Source: Macrostomum lignano (Eukaryota). Taken from it: a stretch of 64,000 nucleotides of DNA. Made by a program: the position numbers and the translations under genes. Numbering within the stretch: position 1 is the stretch's first letter; every line of letters begins with the position of its first letter. The stretch is taken from the NCBI GenBank assembly GCA_002269645.1, contig NIVC01001597.1, positions 279,981-343,980 of the forward strand, written 5' to 3'. Below the pieces are notes generated by a model. That model did no database searches and was not told the origin of the DNA. It worked only from the letters and a program-made list of their open reading frames with translations. Positions 63,126-64,000 of this stretch are shown here, one piece after another.

Positions 63126-64000
63126 TGTAGTGATCCGCTAGTTTGGTGTTAGGCGTCGCAATATTGTCAGCAGCTTCCTTCGCCCTCGCCCCCGCCCAGG
63201 GTTGCTGTCTGCCGCTGGTCAGCTTCCCGCCCTTCTGTTGCTGTCCTTCTGCGTCTCTGTTCTCAGCCCTCAGCTTTTCTGCTGTAGGCTGTCTCTGTTT
63301 CGTTCCCGTCCCGTTTTCCTCTGTCTTGTGAGCAAGTCACATGACAGATCTTGTGTTCTTGGAGTCTTAAAGTGCAGTAAACATGTTTACTGCACTCGTT
63401 GGCCCTGTTTACCGGGAGAATCACGTGCTTTCGGACCCCTCCCTTCTCTAAGGAGAGGAGTGACTCATGTTGCTAAAAATAGCAACTGAGTCACAGCCGC
63501 GTGTACTCTGACCGGAAACCTCAAGTGACGTCAGTTCTAAAAATAGAACAAGTCACGAGGTCTTGTGCGTGGGTGTTTCCCGGCTATAAATAGGACCCCT
63601 CTTCCCTTGTTTCCGTCAAGGAGGCTTCTTATCTGCGGAGAATCCACTAAGTTCCCGTGTGCGTCAGTGTCTAACTAAGTGCCCTTTGCGCATATTGAAT
63701 CTGCTTGTACTGGTCTGACTGAGACCCACTAAAGCCCAACCTTAAGCCTACGAGAGGCTAACTCAGCCCTCCCATACCAACCAAGCCCGGCAGGTGCTGC
63801 TGACGAGACGCCTTGTACGTTGAACTGCAAATCTGCACCCGGTGGCTGAGTTCGTTGACTTCGTTATTTTGTTCCGACGGGAGCTCACCTCATCGAAGGC
63901 CGAGACCTGAAGGAACTGGTGGCAGCACTACTACGCTACTGAGAGTTGAGAGAACTTCCCACTGAAGAGGCTCGAGTCTTAAGGTAATCTCAAGTGCCTA
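63126..64000 (+). mobile_element. LTR of the same family as 33370-34449, truncated by the window end
   Basis: Starts TGTAGTGA. Shares colinear blocks with the other LTR (GCTAGTTT, CTGTCTGCCGCTGG, AGTCACATGACAG, GAATCACGTGC, GTTGCTAAAAATAGCAAC, CTATAAAT, CTGGTGGCAGCACTAC). Confidence 0.8.

Overview
Eukaryotic, intron-containing, repeat-rich animal DNA. GC-rich exons, introns filled with 15-31 bp minisatellites and a possible spliced-leader-supplied start codon suggest a free-living flatworm such as Macrostomum; this is an inference, not a match. 0.7-15 kb: two tandem divergent-loop cyclophilins (the second probably mitochondrial and lacking its own ATG), a type II membrane GT-A glycosyltransferase of a kind unusual for animals, and a four-TM (MS4A-like) gene on the minus strand. 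17-34.5 kb: a transposon island with three DNA elements bounded by clean TSDs (267-bp MITE, 1.3-kb hAT, 4-kb Mutator-like), a near-complete LOA-clade-like LINE (APE-RT-RNase H) whose 5' end folds as an HDV/CPEB3-like self-cleaving ribozyme, and a solo LTR. 35-60 kb: the separate ORFs of the ORF track splice into a tandem array of an uncharacterised four-exon gene (about 1110-1190 aa, two helical/TPR-like modules plus a conserved Cys/His C-terminal domain). There are four full-length copies and one truncated copy, with strong divergence, mosaic gene conversion, a premature stop in one copy and a frameshift that may be rescued by a new intron in another. 60-64 kb: TIR elements with a 15-bp minisatellite and a second, related LTR cut by the window end. 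All calls were made by eye; no database searches were run.
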